This document shows positions 35,581 through 39,948 of a DNA stretch of 39,948 nucleotides, piece after piece. The DNA comes from a virus (taxonomy: Duplodnaviria > Caudoviricetes). The translations under genes and the position numbers were made by a program. Location: the IMG/VR virus record IMGVR_UViG_3300020045_014696, positions 1 through 39,948 of that record, one strand, 5' to 3'. The notes under the pieces were generated by a model. The model made no database searches and was not told where the DNA came from. It saw only the letters and a list, made by a program, of their open reading frames with translations. Numbering within the stretch: position 1 is the stretch's first letter; every line of letters starts with the position of its first letter.

Positions 35581-36688
35581 GATTATAGGCGGTAAAAAAA
35601 ATACAGGGGCACTTTTGGATTTTCGGAGTCTTGAGGCGAAAATTAAAGATTATAAATTCCGTGAGGTGGTAGCGACGGTCAATGCTGTGCAGTGGGTAGA
35701 GAAACCGCAATCACAATGGCGAAAGTTCCCAGAGCAAAACCAATATATGCAGTTTTCTTGTGTAGCGCAGACAGTCAGAAAAATGATGCGGATAATTTAT
35801 TATTTGCGAACAGGAGAGATGGTGGATTTTTCGTCTTCACATCTTTATAAACGGCGCGCGAATGCCCCGTTCCCTGGGATGATTGGTTCAGATGCTTTAG
35901 AAATTGCTCGAAGGAAAGGAGTAACGCTCGAGAGTTTGCTTCCATCGGTGCAGGCAAATGATAAGGCGATCGACGCTTTAAAAGTTGAAGAATACAAAGA
36001 AGAAGTCGGTGCAGTTTTCAAAGTGCCGAATTATCTCATTATGGACGATGATATTGGAGATATCGAAGTGGCGGCATCGGTTGTTCAAACAACCAAAAAA
36101 GGCGTCATGGCGTGGTTTTTCTTTCAGGAAAATGAATGGAACTCATTCGTGCCAGTTATTCGGAATAATAGTTTGGAGTCTGGAGCGCCTGGAGTTTTGC
36201 GCCACTCGGTTACGATTGTGGATTATACGCTCTGGGAGGGTAAGAGGGCGGTTATTATTGAGGATAGTGCATGGTTTGGTGGGATTAATCGCCGTGTCAT
36301 TACCGAGGACTTCTTTAAAGCGAGAAATTTCTTTTTGGCATATATGATTTCATTCCGTTTCGATGATCAATTGTCCGAAGTGCCACAATTACCGACACCG
36401 CAAGCAATACTTGCGGATCCGAATAGGCCAAGATACACCTTTAATAAAGACTTGGCGTTTTCTGTGACGTTCTTCACAGATAAAGATGTTGTCGCACTGC
36501 AGAATATTCTAAAATATGAAAAGGTGTTTCCGTCTAACATAGCCTCGAGTGGTTATTTCGGCTCCATTACGGCAAAAGCCGTTCTTACATGGCAAAAGAA
36601 TCACGGGCTAAGCGATCTGGTTCCATTCCAGGGTCGAGTCGTCGAGGCTTTCACAAGGGGAAAACTTAATGAAATCTACGGGGCGTAG
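35552..36688 (+). CDS. Putative endolysin: papain-like (C1) peptidase plus peptidoglycan-binding domain
   Basis: Q...SC (QNQYMQFSCVAQ), HSV, EDSAW; C-terminal DVVALQ.IL...GYFGSITAKAV..WQK.HGL. Start likely ATG 35552 or 35558. Confidence 0.78.
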   Translation: MSMLRKILDRIIGGKKNTGALLDFRSLEAKIKDYKFREVVATVNAVQWVEKPQSQWRKFPEQNQYMQFSCVAQTVRKMMRIIYYLRTGEMVDFSSSHLYKRRANAPFPGMIGSDALEIARRKGVTLESLLPSVQANDKAIDALKVEEYKEEVGAVFKVPNYLIMDDDIGDIEVAASVVQTTKKGVMAWFFFQENEWNSFVPVIRNNSLESGAPGVLRHSVTIVDYTLWEGKRAVIIEDSAWFGGINRRVITEDFFKARNFFLAYMISFRFDDQLSEVPQLPTPQAILADPNRPRYTFNKDLAFSVTFFTDKDVVALQNILKYEKVFPSNIASSGYFGSITAKAVLTWQKNHGLSDLVPFQGRVVEAFTRGKLNEIYGA

Positions 36689-36719
36689 GAGTATAATTAT
36701 AAGGTAATAAAAAATCACC

Positions 36720-36878
36720 ATGATTACATCAACTTGGAATTTTTTCAAAGGAAAGAAAACACATGTCGTCGGTATTCTCATGATCATTCTCGGTTTCCTT
36801 AATGGGGATAACCAGATGATATTGGAAGGCATAGGATTTATGACTGTACGGTCAGCAATTGCTAACCAGACGGTATAA
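36720..36878 (+). CDS. Putative holin (52 aa, not in ORF track)
   Basis: MITSTWNFFKGKKTHVVGILMIILGFL...ILEGIGFMTVRSAI; two hydrophobic segments, next to the endolysin. Confidence 0.7.
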   Translation: MITSTWNFFKGKKTHVVGILMIILGFLNGDNQMILEGIGFMTVRSAIANQTV

Positions 36879-36946
36879 CCTATAGGGCGGTCCCCCGCCC
36901 CTTTCCTGCGAAATGACTCGTTGGAAAGGCATGGGGGAACTGAACT

Positions 36947-37159
36947 ATGCAACGATGCCACTACTGTGGCGCTTGGGTCGATGTCCTCGACTGTTTGCAC
37001 CACAGAGGAAAAGTCTACTGCACCCTTTTGTGCATTGGACGAGATAGGACTCATGAAAAACCACAAAACGATGATCGCCAGAAAGAAAGGCAAAAAAATA
37101 ATCAAAGTTGTGTTCCAACCAAAGCGCCAGTCTTCGTTCCGAGCGATAATTCATCGTAA
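36947..37159 (+). CDS. Small metal-binding protein (CxxC...CxxxC)
   Basis: MQRCHYCG...YCTLLC; SD-like GGGGGA 8 nt upstream. Confidence 0.5.
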   Translation: MQRCHYCGAWVDVLDCLHHRGKVYCTLLCIGRDRTHEKPQNDDRQKERQKNNQSCVPTKAPVFVPSDNSS

Positions 37160-37241
37160 CGATGCCTGGATTCCGCAACGGGACTGATCTACGGTGGTTC
37201 TCGTCCGCCAACCCTATAGGAATAAGAGCGAGAATACCACC

Positions 37242-37269
37242 ATGGAGAGGCTAATACCTCTCCGTTTTT
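37242..37269 (+). terminator. Intrinsic terminator ending the late/lysis region
   Basis: GGAGAGG-ctaata-CCTCTCC followed by GTTTTT. Confidence 0.8.
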
Positions 37270-37291
37270 ATGGCTATATAGAGGGGTAAAG

Positions 37292-37336
37292 TTACTCACA
37301 TGTAGATTTGACAATGCCGAGCGCTTGGTATAGAAT
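37292..37336 (+). promoter_or_regulatory. Strong sigma70-type promoter with operator and DnaA-box-like 9-mer
   Basis: TTACTCACA 37292-37300; TTGACA 37308-37313; 17-nt spacer; TAGAAT 37331-37336; operator TGCCGAGCGCTTGGTA 37315-37330. Confidence 0.88.
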
Positions 37337-37385
37337 GGTTTCAGGTTGGGTTCCTCGAAAAGAGAATAGGGGTAATAAAAAACTC

Positions 37386-37478
37386 ATGAGAAAACTCTCA
37401 AAGGAAATCGTTAAGAAGATTTTAGTCCTTCACAGTCAAGGAAAGAGTGAGAGAGCCATCGCATTGGTGGGCAGGTAA
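37386..37478 (+). pseudogene. Truncated HTH-like ORF (30 aa)
   Basis: MRKLSKEIVKKILVLHSQGKSERAIALVGR* stops where the recognition helix should begin. Confidence 0.45.
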
Positions 37479-37731
37479 AAATTATCCTTCGGGTTACATG
37501 ATTTCTCATGGTGGGAATCATTACCAGAATATGGATATGCACTCACGCCGAGCAGTTGCAGAAAGTGGAGTGCTAGGGATGAATGGTTTCCCAACAAGAG
37601 TTCAGACCTATATCGATTAACCCTCGCGTATTGTCTTCCGACTCCTCGCGAGGGGGTCGGGCGAAAGTAAATTAAAAAATACCCTATTCAGTTATGAGCG
37701 AATCTCCGAGGTTCGTTGAGAGTTGTAAAAA

Positions 37732-37840
37732 ATTCGGTTATCCAAATCCCCGCGGTCCGAGGTCCCTTTCTCCATAGGGGGCATAGTACATCTCCGTAGG
37801 GAGCATCGTACACCTCGGACGGGGGTTTGGATGACTGAAT
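37732..37840 (+). ncRNA. Highly structured RNA element of unknown family
   Basis: 20-bp outer stem with three G-U pairs, 3-nt bulge, 9-bp stem, three-way junction with two hairpins. Confidence 0.65.
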
Positions 37841-37929
37841 AAAAGGTCGAATATTAAAAAGTAATTTTCGCAAACAGAGTAGCTACGAAAAATTGTACAT
37901 ACTCTCGGCGCGGAAAAATATAAAATATC

Positions 37930-38217
37930 ATGATGACGAAAAGTGGTCAGTTGCACCTTACTAAGACGGATCGTAAGTGCCTTCAGGAGATGTTGGCTCA
38001 TGTCAGGGCCGATTTATCTTTTAAAGAGGGCGGTTCGTTTGTGGACCTAGATAATGATAAATTTGATGGGAAAGCGGCAAAGAGGGCGGTGGAGGGGATT
38101 CGAATTGTGGAGTGGATTCTTGAGCATGCAGATTTTAGCAGGCGTGAAAGTGATATGGCGGTAGAAAAAAGGAACAAAGCAAATGTTGCCTTGTTAAAAG
38201 TTTTGAACGTTAAGTAA
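37930..38217 (+). CDS. Hypothetical protein
   Basis: 95-aa ORF, AT-rich start context. Confidence 0.65.
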   Translation: MMTKSGQLHLTKTDRKCLQEMLAHVRADLSFKEGGSFVDLDNDKFDGKAAKRAVEGIRIVEWILEHADFSRRESDMAVEKRNKANVALLKVLNVK

Positions 38218-38352
38218 CATTAGAATGAAATATACTAAAGTTGGTAAAAAATTCTGGGGTGAGTACCATAGTACCCTTATTGAGAACAGGGTAAAGTTTG
38301 TGGTGTTGGTGATATCTGTATTGGTGGTGTCTTGCTTAATAGCATCAGTCAG

Positions 38353-38559
38353 ATGAAACTCGAACCTATCACGATCCGAATTGAAGAAGCCTCAAATGGC
38401 GATATTCATGTTCGCGTGAGCGTGAAACATGAGAATGGGTCTTCAGAGTGTTCGGGCATAATTCCGAATGTGGGAGAGGGGCGTAAAGCGCCACTTATTG
38501 TGGTGGAAATTCTCGAAATACTCACAGATTACGAGCAGGACGGAACATTAGAAGCGTAG
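38353..38559 (+). CDS. Hypothetical protein
   Basis: MKLEPITIRIEEASNGDIHVRV...; ATG 38353 is in frame with the listed ORF. Confidence 0.55.
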   Translation: MKLEPITIRIEEASNGDIHVRVSVKHENGSSECSGIIPNVGEGRKAPLIVVEILEILTDYEQDGTLEA

Positions 38560-38575
38560 AAATAATTAAAATTAT

Positions 38576-39124
38576 ATGGGATTAGATATGTATCTTTATA
38601 AGAAGACTTATGTCAAAAATTGGGACCATCAAGAAGCAGACGAAAAACATACGGTGACGATTGTCGGTCCGAAAGCTAAGGAAATAAAACCAGAACGCAT
38701 TAGCGAGATTACCGAAGAAGTTGCGTATTGGAGAAAGGCTAATCAAGTTCACAAGTGGTTTGTCGATAACGTGCAGAATGGTGTGGATGATTGCGATCAT
38801 TATTCGGTTGGTAAGAAAGAACTGCGCGAATTGCTTAGGTTGTGTAAAGTTGTGTTGGAATCGAGTATTGTGATCGATGGAAAAGTTCGAAACGGTAAAC
38901 GATATGAGAATGGTGCATGGGTTTCCATTCTTGTTGATGGAAAGACAATTGAAAATCCTGTAACTGCGGCGGCGCTTTTACCGACCACATCGGGGTTCTT
39001 TTTTGGGGGGGCTGATTATGACCAATATTACATCGATGACCTAAAATATACAGTTGAAACAATCGAGGCTCTTCTTGCCGAGCCTAATGATTATGCCGAT
39101 TACGAGTATCACTCGAGTTGGTAG
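38576..39124 (+). CDS. Conserved phage hypothetical protein
   Basis: MGLDMYL...EVAYWRKANQVHKWF...LPTTSGFFFG...YEYHSSW, a recurrent phage family of unknown function. Confidence 0.85.
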   Translation: MGLDMYLYKKTYVKNWDHQEADEKHTVTIVGPKAKEIKPERISEITEEVAYWRKANQVHKWFVDNVQNGVDDCDHYSVGKKELRELLRLCKVVLESSIVIDGKVRNGKRYENGAWVSILVDGKTIENPVTAAALLPTTSGFFFGGADYDQYYIDDLKYTVETIEALLAEPNDYADYEYHSSW

Positions 39125-39161
39125 TTATACACATGGAAAAGTACCGACCGCTTGGTATAAT
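39125..39161 (+). promoter_or_regulatory. Promoter of the recombination operon with DnaA box and operator
   Basis: TTATACACA 39125-39133; operator TACCGACCGCTTGGTA 39142-39157; TATAAT 39156-39161. Confidence 0.8.
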
Positions 39162-39198
39162 ATACCTAGGTCGATACATTAAAAATTACATAAAAATT

Positions 39199-39789
39199 AT
39201 GACAGAAACGAAAGAAATAGTGGCTCTTAAGGGCCAGGTTTCAAAGCTAGTTGAACAAGCCTCTGAGATCACCATTGCAACGGCAGAAGATAATGCCCAT
39301 GCAACTGAAATCAAGGCAAAGCTTAATGAAACCAAAAAGGTTATCAAGGCAAGGAAAGAAGAAATCACTAAGCCCCTGAATGCCGCGTTAAAGAGCGCTC
39401 GCGATTTATTCGCTCCGATAGAATCACAGTATGAAGAAGCAGAATCTATTCTCGCGACCAAGCTTATTGGTTACAAAAGGAAAGTAGAAGCCGAAACCGA
39501 AGCGGCCGCCGCCAAACTTGCAGCTAGGGTCGAGAAAGGCACGATGAAAATCGAAACTGCAGAACGAAAGATTGGTGAGTTACCGACGGTTCAGACAACG
39601 GTGCAGACTGAACACGGTCGGGTACAGTTTAGGAAGGTGAAAAAAATGCGAGTCGTTGACGAGTCGAAGGTCCCAGATGAGTATTGGGTCGTTGATATGG
39701 TCGCACTTTGTAGGGATGCATTGGCAACAGGTTTTATGGGTCTGGTTTTTGGTGGTGCGTGTGAAGTTTATGAAGAGGAAATTGTATAA
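39199..39789 (+). CDS. Coiled-coil recombination-module protein (Gp157/Gam-like); start corrected to ATG 39199
   Basis: RKEEITKPLN..LK..RDLFAP coiled coil and VVDESKVPDEYW motif. The listed upstream start runs through the promoter. Confidence 0.65.
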   Translation: MTETKEIVALKGQVSKLVEQASEITIATAEDNAHATEIKAKLNETKKVIKARKEEITKPLNAALKSARDLFAPIESQYEEAESILATKLIGYKRKVEAETEAAAAKLAARVEKGTMKIETAERKIGELPTVQTTVQTEHGRVQFRKVKKMRVVDESKVPDEYWVVDMVALCRDALATGFMGLVFGGACEVYEEEIV

Positions 39790-39791
39790 CA

Positions 39792-39948
39792 ATGACAAAA
39801 ACAAAAGAGAAAGAAATAAAGGCGTCTGAAACTGAGGCGCCTGCGGTAGAACTGAGCAAAAAAGACCAAAAAGAAATTCAGATAATTGAGCGTGTTATTG
39901 AAAACCGAGAAATTGCGCCTCACGACGCATTCGGGAAGTTGAATCGTT
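39792..39948 (+). CDS. N-terminal fragment of a protein, possibly the same annealing recombinase as 1-168
   Basis: MTKTKEKEIKASETEAPAVELSKK...FGKLNR, open to the window end. Confidence 0.5.
   Translation, partial: MTKTKEKEIKASETEAPAVELSKKDQKEIQIIERVIENREIAPHDAFGKLNR

Larger units (their letters stand above)
1..39948 (+). mobile_element. Near-complete tailed dsDNA phage genome, podovirus-like, probable Patescibacteria host
   Basis: TerS-TerL-portal-scaffold-capsid-tail-ejection-lysis order plus a replication module; dense unidirectional coding; no block of host housekeeping genes. Confidence 0.93.

Noticed and set aside
37598-37670. Group I intron or HDV-like ribozyme (GTTCAGAC, TCCTCGC and GGCGAA fragments)
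   Set aside because: No room for P3/P8 between the candidate P7 strands, and the HDV P1/P3/P2 nesting could not be built; fragments only.
37786-37811. Resemblance of CATCTCCGTAGGGAGCATC to the SRP RNA domain IV hairpin
   Set aside because: Lacks the conserved CAGG strand and the GNRA/GGAA loop; sits in a three-way junction rather than the SRP rod.
39118-39198. Upstream extension of the 39118-39789 ORF (likewise extensions at 8612, 11786 and 35498)
   Set aside because: Extensions run through a promoter or overlap the preceding gene; recognisable domains begin at downstream ATGs.
1-39948. Stop-codon reassignment (code 15 or 25)
   Set aside because: Long genes are intact in the standard code; TGA and TAG end genes at tight junctions and ATGA overlaps.
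1-39948. CRISPR array, tRNA/tmRNA, diversity-generating retroelement, integrase/att site
   Set aside because: No regularly spaced repeats, cloverleaf with T-loop, reverse transcriptase or site-specific recombinase motifs seen by eye; a tRNAscan/Infernal run would be needed to exclude fully.

Overview
The window is almost all of a ~40 kb tailed dsDNA phage genome (Caudoviricetes). Essentially every real gene is on the + strand and the standard genetic code fits. Gene order: recombination/replication (PD-(D/E)XK nuclease, SSB, replication initiator with iteron-like repeats, RecA); small accessory ORFs; DUF1064 and NinB-like genes; a SAM methyltransferase; GroES and GroEL; a membrane-anchored protein; KhpA; ParB-like plus C5 DNA methylase; TerS, TerL, portal, scaffold and major capsid; podovirus-like tail and ejection proteins (no tape measure, tube or sheath seen); a papain-fold endolysin candidate and holin; a ~1 kb structured, mostly non-coding region; then early genes. 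The two window ends look like the N- and C-terminal parts of one gene, suggesting a circularly permuted genome with a short gap. No integrase, CI-type repressor, tRNA or CRISPR array was seen. The SSB and KhpA sequence style and AT-rich, mostly Shine-Dalgarno-free starts suggest a Patescibacteria (Parcubacteria-like) host (inference). The most notable unexplained structure is regulatory: (1) a 16-bp palindromic operator in the spacer/-10 of five promoters, one of which drives an uncalled 53-aa basic KGG-motif protein; (2) DnaA-box-like 9-mers just upstream of most promoters; (3) a repeated small pseudoknot motif with compensatory changes in late-gene leaders; (4) an attenuator-like leader before the portal gene; (5) two adjacent fold-back, switch-like RNA units at 36.9-37.85 kb. 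All protein calls come from motif recognition by eye, and all RNA pairings were made by hand; no searches or folding programs were run.
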